A stretch of DNA of 64,000 bases from Lama guanicoe (lineage: Eukaryota). The position numbers and the translations under genes are program-made. Location of the stretch: NCBI GenBank assembly GCA_013239625.1, contig MU054212.1, positions 2,480,001 through 2,544,000 of the forward strand, written 5' to 3'. This document shows, in pieces, positions 36,059 to 49,424 of this stretch. The notes beneath the pieces were generated by a model. It searched no databases. It saw nothing but the letters and a program-made list of their open reading frames with translations, and was not told the DNA's origin. How positions within the stretch are numbered: the first letter of the stretch is position 1; each line of letters starts with the position of its first letter.

Positions 36059-37989
36059 CTAGAAAGTGCACCCTACCTGACAGTTCTGCCTGGTGTTACC
36101 CTGCCAACAACCCCAAACTATCCTAATGGGTAAGCCTTTGGTAAACAAATTGTTAGCCTACCATGAATTAAGTAAAGTCTATTTACTGCTAATTGTTCAG
36201 CACAAATGGTTTTTACTTGTGCAGGAATCCAAAGCTCCTTCAACTGTGATGACTTTCAAAAACAAAAACAAACACCTCAGCCCATAAATGAAATGGAATA
36301 ACTATCCCCCGAAATTTTTGGCGCCCCAGACTTCACTGAGTATATGTAGCATCCACTTCCATTTCTGTCAAAAAGGAAAACAAAAATGTGAACACAATGT
36401 AAACCTCAGTCTTCTGAGGGTTTTGCTTTTCTTCTTTTTTTTTTTAACTACTCTGTTAAGATAATTTTTCCCTATGCCAAGGGAAAAAAAATTCTAGTGC
36501 AAAGACTAGGTGGGGAAATAAAGCAAAGGTTGGTATTTTGTTGTTCGATGCATATTTATATGTCTATAAAAATCCATCTTCAAAACATCTCGCCTACTAA
36601 ATATAAGGCATTCAAAATACATAGTTTAAACCGATCAGTCGCATAATACCATGGAAGGGTCAGCCCACCTGGAGTTTCCAGCTTCTTTGTGGACAAACAT
36701 GGCCTGATCATGAGCTGGGTGAAAGAATATAAGCCTCTACTGTATCTTAGCAAAGAGAAGAGCAGGGGCAAATAGACAGAATATTAATTTTCATCAAGAG
36801 GAAATCAAACTTGTCCAAGAACTTTATTGGCAGAAGTGAAATTAGTTTTCCTATAGCAAACAGTTAGTGGAGTTGAGGGATTAGTCTATTGCCCAAGAAG
36901 GAAGGTTATGCCCAGAAGCATCCTTGTTCTCAATAATACATTTAACTCTCAAAAACAAATAAAGATTTGTCTCAGAATTTTCACTTAAAAAAAAAACACC
37001 TAAGACTAAATGATCTAAAACTCTCCCTTGCTAAAAATCAAGTTATTAAAGCAAGTTTCCTAAACTCATAAAGCTCAAGACAATTGTTAATTTTTTTATT
37101 GAATGTAAAGTACCAGCCTAGGCCAAGTCTTCCTCGATTCAAACAAAATTCACTGTAGACAGTAACAGACACAAGACTTTTCAACTGAAATGCTACAGAA
37201 TTTGGTTACTTCCCACTGTGGTCCATGGGCCCAGTACATATAGGGTATTTTTGTAGGGGAACAAAATAGGATTATTCTATTATCTGGAAACTCTCAGGAT
37301 TAAGCTAGCAGAAATAATATTGTAGAATGCCATGGCTTTAGACCATACCACCTTGTTAATACTCCTACAAAATATACTGTCCCAGGTTTGGTGATTTGGA
37401 TTACAGACGTGGCCAGGTAGAAGGGAGTGTCAGTAAAGTGGGTGGGAGAGAGGATGGGAAACTGTTAGATTTCTATTCAAGAGAGTCTGTGAATCTATCC
37501 GTAGTATTACGTGAACCAATGCTCCACTCAATTAAAAAAGCAATCACTAGACACATCGTGGTATAATCACGAAAAATCAGAATTTGTTCTGAACTTTGAG
37601 GAATCTCCATCAGGAAATCTGAGATCTCTGTATTTCTTCTTTGCGTCTCCCCTCATCCAAGTAGGTGACTTGCTTGGGACACAGGATAGTGGTAGGCACA
37701 AAGGATCAGCCAATGATGCACAGCTAGCCCAATCAAAGATGAGAATCTGGCCAGAGATCTATTCTGTTAAAGAGTTTTGCCAGTCCCCCAGTGAAGAGAG
37801 ACTAGAGGTGACCCCACAGTCACTTGATCATAATTGTCATTTGTGGTATATGTACTCAACTTTAACTGTTTGGTAAACTGTAAACTGTGCACTCTAGGGA
37901 ATGGGTTCTGCCAGTCTCAATAAATCTTTTTGTTCTTTTTCAAAGTTAGAGAACTCTTTCAGCTATTGTTAAAAGATTGGTCTGGGACC

Positions 37990-38150
37990 CCCAAGTGGAC
38001 CATCAAGTTAGTAAGGATCTTGGTAAGATGCCTTAACATCTTTTTTTTTCCTGCCTCTGTGCTACACTGAAGGGTACAGTTAAGATAATACATGTGAAAG
38101 CGTTTTGTAAATTGTAACAATACTTAAATACTGTTGACATCATTGTTATT
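37990..38150 (+). mobile_element. MIR fragment
   Basis: atcttggtaag..cttaac; taagataatacatgtgaaagcgttttgtaaattgt. Confidence 0.6.
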
Positions 38151-39365
38151 AATCCTCCTTCACAATATTCTCAGTTTCAAATACTACCCAATTTCCAGTA
38201 AGAGCTGTCACACATTAAGGGACCTTACAAGCCCATCAACCAGACTCACCTTCCTGTAAATCAACCCCAACCACAATACTGTGTTCATATCTATATCAAT
38301 TCAATATAGCCTGTCTGAGTAATATTCACTGGAGGTTATAAAGTAATAATGTACCCGTCTGCGGTGATACTCATTTACCTTGAAGAGTAAGCACAGAGAG
38401 ACACAGACACACAAGCGCATTCCTTTTTTTCAAAAAGAAAACCCTGATAATTTGAAAGCAGGTATTCAATATCTGATGTGTTTTTTAAAAGTCTTTATTT
38501 TTAGCCAGTCTCCTGCTTTAATTGCCTCCAAAGCTGTGTTCCTGTTTGATTGCACAGTTCTACCCAGCAAAGTTGTCCTGATAAATACAGCTGAAAGCAG
38601 TGGGCAGAGGTAATGAGTATGGGAATTCTTCATCTTATAACTAACTTCTTCTGTTCCTTTCTTGGGGTTTGAGATGATAGCACAGGCCCCCAAAACTACA
38701 GAGAATAAATCATTATGAATCAACGTATTACTTTTGTTGGTATTTCTTGCACTGTGATCCACCAGTTACCCACAGTGGGATTTTAAAAAGTTTCTTCCAA
38801 GAATTTCATTCTTCTTTGTTTCCCAAGTGAATAAAGTACAGTGCAGGAAAAGGTAGGAATGGGGTTTTGAGATTTATCCCCAAACCACGTGATAAGAATA
38901 GCTCCCCTTTCCATCAGCAAACAATAGTCTTTTACCCCAGAGCAACTTAAGGGGCATGTGTGTGTTTTTTCTCTCACTTGAAATGTCATTTTAACTTGCT
39001 CTCATCTGATATGATGAAAAGGAATAGCAATTTATGGCCTGTTAGTGTAAGGAACACCGTATCACAGTGAGGACCTATGTAACTGGGACTACACCTGCCC
39101 AGGGACAGAGTAGCTGATTAGTTTCCAGTTTAAACATGCATGTGGAGGCAGAATAGCTGACTATTTTTATTAGTATCAACTCTCACCTTTTTGATTCCCT
39201 AAAATCAGAATCTAAAATCTAAATCTAAAATCTAATTCATTACCCTAAGAAAGCAATATGTTAGCATATGAACTGCATGTAAGTAGTAGTCTGGTTCCTG
39301 GGAATCAGCCCACATTGGATTCAGGTGAAAGATGTCCTCTCCAACTAAAAGGAAAAAATATGTAA

Positions 39366-39367
<2 letters not shown>

Positions 39368-39400
<33 letters not shown>

Positions 39401-39431
39401 TATGTGTATGTGTGTGTGTGTGTGTATATAT
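39368..39431 (+). repeat. Compound (TA)n(TG)n microsatellite
   Basis: Direct reading. Confidence 0.9.
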
Positions 39432-39589
39432 AACACGAAATATATGTATATACAAAAAAAATTTAAATATATTACACAGGAGTAATTTTATTCCCATTCT
39501 AATCCCAATGGCAAGGAAAAAGATTTTCTTTCCAAATTCCAAATCTCTCTTTCCTAGAATTGATGTCCAATTTTTCTTCCTTCTTAACC

Positions 39590-39880
39590 AAAAGGACAAA
39601 CTCCTTAGACTGACATTGAAGGCCTTCCGTGATATGTCTCTAAATTTCAATCCAACTCTTTCCCTATATGTACCATAATTCTAGTCAAGCTATTCAGGGC
39701 TTTAAAGGAAACCAAAATGCTTCCAAGTCTTTATGTAAGTCCTATGCACCACCTATCAGATCCTTCCTTCTAGCTTTTCCTGCTAAAATCCTGCCCAAAT
39801 TTTAAGATGCAATTCAAATACACCTAGTTGGTGAAGCATTCCCTGGTACCCTGACCAGGAATTTTCTTTCTAAACTCCCA
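39590..39880 (+). mobile_element. L2 fragment
   Basis: caaactcctta..tgacattgaaggccttc; ttcaaatacacc..gtgaagcattccctg. Confidence 0.6.
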
Positions 39881-39989
39881 CGGTAAGGGAAACAACATCT
39901 TTTCTCAAATGCATTCCCTTCTTTTTGCAGAAGAGCAGAAAAAAAACAAACCTTCATGTTCAGATGAAGAAAGGCAACAAACTATAACT

Positions 39990-40086
39990 CTGTGAGCTGC
40001 TTTACAACTATCTCATTTAATCCTCAAACAACCCTACAAGGCAGGTATCATTATCCTCATTTAACAGATAAAGAAACTGAGGCTCG
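39990..40086 (-). mobile_element. MIR core
   Basis: tctcatttaatcctca..ccctacaaggcaggtatcattatcc..acagataaagaaactgaggctc. Confidence 0.85.
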
Positions 40087-40856
40087 GTTTTTTTCTTTAA
40101 GTGTGGTTGACCACAAAAAAAACTGTATATATTTAAGGTGTACAATACGATATTTTGATATATGTATACATTGTGTAATGATTACCACAATCAAGCTAAC
40201 ATATTCATCACCTTAGGTATTTCCCATCTTACATGTGTATGGTGAAAACACCTGAGACATACTTTCTCAGCCAAGTTCAAGAATACAATACACTATTATT
40301 AACTATAGTCACCATTCTGCACATTAGGTCTCCAGAACTCACTCATCTTATAATTGAAAATTAATTCCCTTTTGACCAACATCTCCCCCTCCCCCCACCC
40401 CCAGCCCCTGGTAACTACCATTGTACTCTCTAGTTCTATGAGTTCAATTTTTTTTAGAGTCCACATACAAGTGAGATCAGACAGTATTTGTCTTTCTGGG
40501 TCTGGCTTGTTTCGCTTAGCATAATGTCCTCCACAACGTTGTCACAAATGGTGGGATTTCCTCCTTCTTTAAGGCTGATTAACATTCCACTTTGTATATA
40601 TATCACAACTTCTTTATCCATTCATCCATCCACTGACACTTAAGTGTTTCCACATCTTGGCTATTACGAAGAGTGCCACGATGAACAGATTATCTCTTCA
40701 AGTTGGTGATTTCACTTCCCTCAGCTATGTACCCAGAAGTGGGACTCTTGGATAATGTGGTAGCTCTATCTTTAATTTTTTGAAGAACCTCCATACTGTT
40801 TTCCATAGGGACTGCACCAATTTAAATTCCCACCAACAATGCACAAGTGTTCCCCA
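40087..40856 (-). mobile_element. L1MA-type L1 3' end
   Basis: ctgtatatatttaaggtgtacaa..attaccacaatcaagcta..ttaactatagtcacca..cccagcccctggtaactacca..gaacctccatactgttttccat. Confidence 0.9.
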
Positions 40857-41304
40857 TACTAAAAGAACTTCTTTGAATGAAACCTTTGCCTGCCAGACTT
40901 AAAAGCACATATTTCCCACCAAACAATTCTGTATTGCATAAAACGTATTTATATGCCTTTTAGGAGACTGATCACATACTGCCTTGAATTTAGTTCTTGG
41001 CGAATATTTCTTTTCTCTTATTGGATCAGAAGTTTGTGGTATTGTTATGATAGCTGTTGTTGATAAGAAAAGAAAAGAAGCATCTCATTTGTTTCAGCTT
41101 TGTTCCCCCACCCCTCACATGGTAGATTTCTCACTCAAGTATTTTTTAATTAATATGCAATATTTTAGGGAGAAAATTTTTCAAAAGAAAAGTTTAAAGA
41201 TATTATCTCTTTCTAATAGTTTAAGGACGAAGAAAAATAAATAATAAGAAATCTTTCTTAGAAGTTGGCTATTTTGAAATTAGAAGATAAGGTACATGGT
41301 TTTG

Positions 41305-41490
41305 GTAATAACAGCAGCTTCCATTTTTTGAACAATTGATTATGTACCAGATGCTGAACAAGCATATCATTTAATTCTTACAGCATGATCGCGATCCTAC
41401 AAATGAGGACCCAGAGAGAGATTAAGGTTAGTAAGTTGAAGAACCAGTATTTAAATGCCGAAGCTTATGCTCTCAAACACTGCACTAATT
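41305..41490 (-). mobile_element. MIR
   Basis: tatgtaccag..tcatttaattcttaca..acaaatgagga..cagagagagattaag. Confidence 0.65.
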
Positions 41491-42749
41491 CACCTTTGCT
41501 GCTTTGTCCTGTTCAACGTTCACCTGCAAATAGACATCCACCTCCTCCCTGCCTCCCTGCAAGAGAAGGCCTTTTTTCCAATGACATCTTTCTCAAATCT
41601 ATTTTTGTGAATCCTCAAATAATCTTCTCTCTTTAGAGGATAGAAGCCCTGAGCTCCAACTGAGGAAAAACAGTGCTACCCTCTTCCTCTATAGAGTAAT
41701 GTGAGTGAAAGTAAAGGAATCCTCTCTGCATGCAGTCACAGTAATGATACCCGTCCTACAATCGGTACTTTCCCGGTGTAAGCAGCCTGACCCCTAGTGG
41801 GTACCAGTGGTAAGTATCCAGATATTAGTACCAATACAAATACAGTGGTTTATTTTCAATAGATGGAGAGAAAATAAGTCAAGATGCTAGAATAACAGTT
41901 ATATTAATTCATAAGTTCACATATTTTTGACTATGAAACACAGAGCAAAGGTAACAACATACTAAATGTATTTTTTATTTTTAAATTATTGATATATTAA
42001 ATATAGTAATATATCAAAACATATCCAGGAAGCAATTTTAAGTGGGTTTTTTTATATTTCCTTTCATTTACAACCTTTGGCTTCTGTAACTCTTCATTAA
42101 ACTCTCTCAATCTCCGACGTTTCTTCAACAAAGATAACTTGCACAAGTGGGCTTTCAGGAAAGCATTAAAAATGGTGAGGTTGGGACATTTTCAGTTTGT
42201 CTAGATAAAATACTCTCATGAATCCATCATTTTAAAACATCCCAATCCGCACTCAATGTTACTTGTAATTTCACCAATGTTTAATTTATTTTACTACATA
42301 TTACTTTAATTAAACACCAGACAGGAGCCTCACTGGGATAGCTCCTTCTTTCTACCCGACAGTGTTTCGGTATCGTACCCTTGAAGTCCAGCAACAAAAG
42401 TGGTAGTCAAAGGGAGAGTGAGCTAGGTTTCATTTCAATAGCTGGGCCACATTTATTTCCTTCTTATTACTGACAGATGATCTATATTAGTCCCCCATCT
42501 CCCAACTTTCTTTTTTTTTTAAGTAAATAGTAATTCTTATTAACGGCAGTGGCACCTGCACCAGGGTGGGCAAATCTGGTCACCAGCAGGTCCCCCTGCT
42601 GTTTTACTCAACCAGCAACATGCTCTCGACACTGGCAGCTGCTCCTGTATTGTTTTTGCCTCCCAGGCAAACAGGAACTTCATGGACATTCAGAAATTCT
42701 TTTTCTCTAAATCAAGATTTTGGTTTTGGAAAGTAGCAAGAAAATCCAC

Positions 42750-43415
42750 AACAGATGATAAAACTTGTATATATGTATTTAATTATGCAAGAAATACATG
42801 AACATGCACCCATAAAAAATTTAAACAATACAGAAATGTCTAAACCATGAACACTCTTTCCTATCCCATTTCCCCTCCCATCCTCCTCCCCAAAACATGA
42901 AGAGGTTGGGAGCATTCCCTCCACAAAATTAAGCATAAAACTGGACAACTTATTAAAAACAATCATTTCCCATCACTAGGAAATGACCAAAGACAAAAAG
43001 CAACTCACAAAATTTGTTGTTTACTTCCAATCCATCATTATATACACAGTTTGGGTTTGTTCCACTTTACAAAAACAGGATCCTCCTGTGTCCCACTACA
43101 AGTGTTTTTTTGCTTAACATTATGTACTGACCAGAGTCCTGTGTTCGTACCTGTAGACCTCTCTCGTGCTTTTTTAATTGTTACACAGCATTGAACAACC
43201 GGATGTATCACCACTTCTAGCGTCATTACCCTATCAATTTAAGGTTGTTTCCAGACATTTTCTTATTACAAACAATGCTATAATGAACACCTTGAATTAT
43301 CTCAGTGAACATATACAAGTATTTCTGTTGGCTAGATAGCTACGAATAAAACTCCTGGGCTGGAGGATGTGATAATATTAAATTTTGGAAGATAGTGCCA
43401 AATTCTGTCCAAAAA
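42750..43415 (-). mobile_element. L1ME-like 3' fragment
   Basis: ttttttgcttaacatt..gttgtttcca..attacaaacaatgctataatgaaca..gccaaatt..tccaaaa. Confidence 0.7.
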
Positions 43416-43954
43416 GCAGGAACATTTAGGAAGTTACCAGATCTTTGGAACTAATCCCAAATGTTGGCACGGGCAGGATTCTTAAAATTGCCCAGTCAAA
43501 AACCTTTGTTTTTCAGTACAATACTGAGGCTTCTGGAGTTAATGTGACTGGTCCAGGGTCATGCAACTGGACTCCACCCCAGGTTTCCTGGTTTCCCAGC
43601 CCAGAGTTTCTTTATTACAATATGTCTTATGGGGCAAAAATTAGACTTGAATTTTGGATTAATCCTTTCCAGCAGAAGAGAATTACATTTTACATATAAT
43701 TCAAAACATGTTTTCTTCCCTTGGATTTTTCAGTAGTACTGAGAACAATTAGGATTTGTGTTACGAATCAAACATTCAGAGTGGAACTATAATTCTACAA
43801 AGCAAACACATAGACTCTGTATCGAATATAATGCTCTAAGTGAAACATGCAAATGGAACCTGATTTCCTTACTTGGTGACGAACAGGAGGGTGCAGTTCT
43901 ATCTTCAGATGCCCACTATTTTATGAAAAATATTCCAACTGGCATACTAACCTA

Positions 43955-44290
43955 CTCAAATCATCTGCCACTGCATAACAAATCACCTTAGTGGCAAACA
44001 GACCATTTTATTACATCCTTAGTTCCATGGGTCAGAGGTTTGGAAAGGGTACAGCAGAGGTTTCTTGTCTCTGCGCTACAATGTATGGGGCCTCATCTAG
44101 GAAGACTCGATGCTGTGGGCCAGACCCATACAAAGGGGCACTCACTCTCACATATGGAGCTGCTGCTGCCTGTCATCTGAGATCTCAGCTGGGGCTGTCG
44201 CCAGAGCAACCACATGCAGCCACTGCACGTACGTGGTCCCCACGCTTCCCTACAGCTTCTCTTCTGGGTTCCAGAAGCAAACACCCCAAG
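43955..44290 (-). mobile_element. MaLR LTR (MLT1F/G-like)
   Basis: cataacaaatcacc..ttagtggc..tgggtcagaggtttggaaagggtacagcag..cttgtctctgc..ggggcctca..gaagactcga. Confidence 0.75.
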
Positions 44291-44296
44291 ACTCAC

Positions 44297-44760
44297 CTTC
44301 CAGTAATGGCAGTGTGAGAAGATCCGGAGAGTCACTTCCACAGAAATAAGTATAAAACTGGACAACCTCATCAAAACAACCATCTCAGGTCACTGGAAAA
44401 CGACCAAAGATAGACAAAAACAAACTGCCATTGTGTTGGGTGAGCTTGGTGACTCTGGCTTTCTTGCCTAAAGGTATCCCCAGCTCAGATGATAAAACCC
44501 TCAGCTTTATCTGCTGGAGGTAGTGGTCTGGGTTCAGACTGGGCAGTAGACCAGCTAGAACAAGGCAATACTAAAAGTGAGAGAAGCTTAGAAAGGCAAA
44601 AATAAAGTCTCCACGTATCTCTGGCTAACTGCTAATGCTCACATGTCCCAGGGAAACCCCAGAGAGTCCAGCAAAAACTGCAAACCCTAGGGCTATATGC
44701 ACAAGGACATGGATGGTAGATGGACCTTATAGGCAATCTGAGTATCCCTCGCTAAAATAG
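44297..44760 (+). mobile_element. Old L1M 5' UTR fragment
   Basis: cttccagtaatggc..tataaaactggacaa..aaaacaaccat..cactggaaa resembles L1M 5' ends. Confidence 0.6.
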
Positions 44761-44992
44761 AGAACACATTTGTGGAGAACACATGTTCTGATATCCTGTG
44801 TGGCAGATGGAAGCCACAGTCTGGATGTACATACAACAAAACAGATGAATCTTACAAGCATATCTGAGAGGTAACAGTAACAATTATAATAAAAATAACA
44901 CAGAACTTACTAGAAGCCCTATGAGTCCGGGACCTTTCTAACATATTTCTACATATTAACTCATTTTTAATCATCACAACCATAAAAGGCAG

Positions 44993-45262
44993 TATATCAG
45001 CCAGGGTTCAACCAGAGAAGTATAACCAATAGGAAATACAGTTATTAAAAGATTTTTTACAAGGAACTGACTTACACAAATGTGGGGGTTGGCTAAGCAA
45101 GTCTGAAATCCACTGCACAAGCAGTCACAAAGGGAAGAGCATGGGCAGGCTCGAATTCTTAGGCAAGTTCAAGGTAAGAAGTTCTCATCAACTGGCAGGT
45201 GGGAAGGGAAAATTGCAAGCAGGATGGAACTTCAGCTGTCAGTCACAGGCAGGATTTCTTCT
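44993..45262 (-). mobile_element. ERVL LTR (MLT2E/F-like)
   Basis: cagggttcaaccagagaag..aaggaactgacttacac..tgtgggg..ggctaagcaagtctgaaatcc. Confidence 0.8.
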
Positions 45263-45269
45263 GTGAGGG

Positions 45270-45843
45270 TGCGGTAGGCAGAATTCTAAGAATGACCCCC
45301 AATGACCTTCACCCTTACATAATCACCTCCCTTTTGAGAGTGGGAAGAATCTGTGAATGGGAGGGAACATCACTCCCACAATGATGTGATGTTACCTTCT
45401 ACAGTAAGGCAGTTATCTGGGTGAGCCTGATCTAATCACATGAGGCCTTTAAAAGCAAAGAGTTTTCTCTGGCTGGCAGCAGAAGGGGAAGTAAGACATT
45501 TGAAACCGAAGAGTGATTTCTGGCTTTGAATACAGAGTGGGGACATGCTAAGGAATATAGGGGCTCTTCAGGAGCTGAGAAATGCTCTCATACAACAGCC
45601 AGAAAGAAAGTGAAGCTTCGGTTCTTCATCTGCAAGTATCTGAATTCTGCCAACAGCCTGAATGCAGATGCTTTCCCACAGCCTCCAGATGAGAGCGCAG
45701 CCCCACAACATCTTGATTTCAGCCTTGTAAGGCCCTGAACAGACAATCCACTGGAGCCTGCCTATATGTCTGACCTAAAGAACTGTGAGGTAATAGACAG
45801 GTGTGTTTTAAGCTGCAAGGCTGTTGTAATTTGTTTGGCAGCA
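45270..45843 (+). mobile_element. MaLR LTR (MLT1D/E-like)
   Basis: tgcggtaggcagaattctaag; tgaattctgccaacagcctgaatg; tctgacctaaagaactgtgag..tgttttaagctgc. Confidence 0.85.
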
Positions 45844-46095
45844 TTATAGACTTAATGGTTGTGTTCCCCCAAAACTCGTATGTTGAAGCCCTAAGCCCTA
45901 ATGTGGCTGTATTTGGAGTAAGGAAATAACTGAGGTTAAATGAGGTCATAATGGTAGAGCCCTGATCCAACAGGATTAATGTCCTTATAAGATTGACACC
46001 AGAGGGCACTCCTTCCACACACCCTTTCTCTCTCTCTCTCTCCCATGTGAGGACACAGCAAGAAGGCAGCTGTCTGCAAGCCAGGAAGAAAACCA
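45844..46095 (+). mobile_element. MLT1A/B-like LTR 5' part
   Basis: ttgtgttcccccaaaactcgtatgttgaagcccta..ggttaaatgaggtcata..gaggacacagcaagaaggcagctgtctgcaagcca. Confidence 0.85.
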
Positions 46096-46545
46096 TGATG
46101 CGTAACTACATGTGCCAACTTGACTGGGCCATGTGGCACCCAAATATGTGGTTAAACTTATTCTGAACGTGCCTGTGAAGGTGTTTCTGGATGAGATTAA
46201 CATTTTAACCAGTAGACTAAGTAAACTAGATTGTCCTCCCCAATGTGAGTGGGCCTTAGTCAATGCACTGGAGGCCTGAATAGAAGAGAAAATGCTGAGT
46301 AAGGGAGAATTCACTCTCTCCGTGACTGTCTTTGAGAAGGGACTGCCTGTTTTTGAGCAGAGACATTAGTCTTCTCCTGCCCTCAGGCTCAAACTAAGAC
46401 TCTAACTTACACCATCAGCTCCCCTGCTTCTCAGATCTTCAGACTAGAACTACACCATCTGCTCTCCTGAGTCTCCAGCTTGCTGACTGCAGATCTTCGG
46501 CCTTCTCAGCCTCCATAATCGAGTGATCCAATTCTTTATAATAAT
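46096..46545 (+). mobile_element. ERVL LTR (MLT2C/D-like)
   Basis: caacttgactgggcca..tttctggatgagattaacatt..cctccccaatgtg..cttctcagcctccataatc. Confidence 0.85.
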
Positions 46546-46569
46546 TCTAAATAAAAGATATTTTTAATA

Positions 46570-47086
46570 AAAAAGGCAAGGGTGGACATCCCTGTCTTTT
46601 CCCTAATCTTAGACAGAAATATTCTGTCTTTAATCATTAAGTATTTCAGGTTTTCACTATTTATCGGATTGAGGATATTATCCATCCCTAGTTTCTTAGG
46701 TCTTTTTATCGTAAAAAGGTTTTTAATTTTCTCAAATAATTTTTCTGCATCTTATAAGATGTAAGTTTTGCCCTTTATTCTATTTACATGATGTATTACA
46801 TTAATTGATTTTCAGATCTTAAACTCATCTTTCTTTCCTAGGATAAATCCCACTGGGTTACTGCATATAATCCTTTTGTTGCTGAACTTGATTTACTAAT
46901 ATTTTGTTAAATTCGTCTATATTCAATAGAGATATTGGTCTTTAGTTTTTTGGGGTTTTTTTTTAACCTGATGTTTCTGGTTTTTTATATCAGGGTGATA
47001 CTAGGTTCAAAAAATGAGTTGGAAAATTTTCCCTCACCCTCTACTTTTTGGAAAAGCTGGTGAAGAATTTATATTAATTCTTTCTC
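46570..47086 (-). mobile_element. Old L1 ORF2 fragment
   Basis: ggacatccctgtctt..ccatccctagttt..ggataaatcccact..aatgagttggaaa. Confidence 0.75.
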
Positions 47087-47520
47087 ATCAGTAGCAAGGG
47101 AATCCAGAAGGCAGTGAGATGATACACTCAGTTTAATGAAAGAAAAAGAAAGTCAACCAAAAACGGATAGAGATTATACAATCTGAAGAACAGAGAAGAA
47201 AGAACAAATAGTAAAGAGCTGAGCTTCAGAGAAATTAAGCACAATAACATATACAAAATGGGAAACATCAGAAGGAGAGGCAAAGAGAAAGGGGCAGAAA
47301 ACACATTCAAAAGAATGGCTTTAAACTTCCCAAACTTGATGAAAAAGATCACTCTACACACCTATGAAGCTCAATAAATTCCAAGTAAGATAAACAGAGG
47401 AATCCACACTAACACATATTATAGTAAAAATGTTGAAGGAAAAAGACAGAGAAAATTCTGAAAGCAGCAAGAGGAAAAAGGACATGTCATAAACAAGGGA
47501 GCCTCGATAAGATTTCTCAA
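47087..47520 (+). mobile_element. Old L1 ORF1-region fragment
   Basis: aatctgaagaacagaga..cagaaggagag..aacttcccaaacttgatgaaa..gaagctcaa..aaattctgaaagcagcaaga. Confidence 0.75.
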
Positions 47521-47782
47521 ATAAATGTTTTTCCATTTGCTGTATGCCCTTAGGACAATTTCCAGGAATGTTACATGGTTGGGTTTTTTAAAATTTTTCA
47601 TGGGTTAGAGTTGTGTACCTGAGGAGATCAGTAGAGCTCCTCAAATTGCCATTTTAGAAGTGTTTCTTCTCTATTTCTCTAACAGATGAGATCTGCCTTA
47701 AGCCAAGACCCAGGAGAGACCCCTTAGAAGAGGAACTCTGCCAAATCAGGAGATTCAAAGAGGAACCTAAGGTTGGAAAGCA

Positions 47783-47950
47783 CCAGGGCTAACCTGCAGA
47801 ATTGTGAAGGCTGTACACCCTGCTCACCAAGCCACGTGCCCATGGAGCTTGTCAGTCCCAAAGAAGGAGAACATTTTTCTAACATGTGTGAGCAGAGGGA
47901 CATCTTTTTTCTAATTCACACAAAGGCACCAATGTACCTGCACAGTTCCA
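47783..47950. mobile_element. MER91-like hAT-Tip100 MITE
   Basis: cagggc..ttgtgaaggctgtaca..ctgc start and tttttctaattcacacaaaggcacc. Confidence 0.6.
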
Positions 47951-48005
47951 GAAGCCACAGAGACTCCAGCTGAAGGGTTATGTAGGATGAGTCAACCATC
48001 CAAAG

Positions 48006-48195
48006 CAGCAGTTCCCAATTCTGGCTGCTCATTAGGCTCACTTAGGGAGCTATTGAAAAATACCAATGTGAGGGTCCCACCTAGACCAATTAAGTCAGAC
48101 TCTCTTAGAATGGGGCCCAGCCATCAGTATTTTTAATAGCCCCTCAGGGGATTCTAATGTACAATCTAATGTACAGTTAGAATTGAGAACCACTG
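48006..48195. mobile_element. MER5-family hAT-Charlie MITE
   Basis: cagcagttccc..ctggctgc..accaattaagtcaga..tggggcccag..gattctaatgt..ttgagaaccactg. Confidence 0.85.
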
Positions 48196-49164
48196 ATCTA
48201 GACCCTGGAGTCAGGGGAATGAGTTTCTTTGTCCCCAAATACCTCAAGAGGATGTAAGCTGATGATGGAGTTCCAGTGTTGGCAGCTATAAAGTGCTCTA
48301 AGTAAACAGTCAGTAAAACTGGCAGAGCAAAGTAAGTCAAATTACAGTAAGTAATTTCTGTCTTAAAAGAAATCACTAAAGTTGTCCCCAAGTAATATGA
48401 AAAACAGACAGTGGCACTGTAAACATAGCTTCCATACCCCCTACTACCAATCCTAATTGATAAGGTTCACCCAAGCCGGGTCGATGATGTCCCCTTGTGT
48501 CGTGATGATGGCTACAGTGGAAGGATTTGCCCACTCCTTTGGCCACATTCTACCCCATGCTATTCTTGGCTCAGATAGGATCAAAGGCTGTCTTTACAGA
48601 AGCATTAATTCCCAAATGCCAGAAAATACAGTACCTTATCCAAGGGACAGCCTATGATGCTTTAACAAAAGTAACTCTGTTTAGTTCCCAGAATTTTCTG
48701 GCTTAAAAAAAAAAACTACTGTATAGAAATAAATCACTAGAGAAGAATAATGATGAGAGGATTTATGAAATGTTGGGTGGGATTCTCTAGGTCATTTGTG
48801 ATCCCACCTTCGAATCCTGGATGTTCAGGCTTATAGACTGTCCTCTCTGTGCTCCATAAATGTTTTGTTGCCTCCTTTCCTTCTTTCAGAGACTCATGAC
48901 TAGCCCAAAAAGATCCACAGGACAGTAAAATTGGAAAGCATAGTGGAGGAGATCTTCTATACACGGGAAAGCAGATACATGGCTTATGTGACCCATTCCC
49001 CCCACCCCACCCCTGTCTTTACTTCCCCAAATAACAGATACTGATTCACAGTGCTCTTCCTTGGCGACCCTCCTCCAGGCAGCCACTCCAGAGTTGAAAA
49101 ATGAGTGGAAACTTCTTTACCTCTGAATCAAACCAAAGATAACTTAGTAGAGTGGGGAGAGTGT

Positions 49165-49345
49165 GTCCAAGAATCAGACTTGGGTTCAAATTCTGGTGTA
49201 ACTCTTATAAGCTGTTGACCTTAAAAGGTTGCTCCAACTCTCTGAGTCTTGTCTGTGAAATGGGAGAACCAATACCTACCAGGGTTGTTGGATAAATTGA
49301 TTTCAATGATCCACCTCAAAGTGTGCCTGATATATATCAGATATA
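49165..49345 (+). mobile_element. MIR
   Basis: tcagacttgggttcaaattctg..ctctgagtct..tctgtgaaatggg..acctacc. Confidence 0.75.
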
Positions 49346-49381
49346 TCAGATACTTGCCCTCCCTCTCTTTCTCCCCACCTC

Positions 49382-49382
<1 letters not shown>

Positions 49383-49422
<40 letters not shown>
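49383..49422 (+). repeat. (CA)n microsatellite, about 20 units
   Basis: Direct reading. Confidence 0.95.

Positions 49423-49424
<2 letters not shown>

Noticed and set aside
49219..49228. CArG box CCTTAAAAGG
   Set aside because: Isolated motif inside a MIR; expected by chance in AT-rich DNA.
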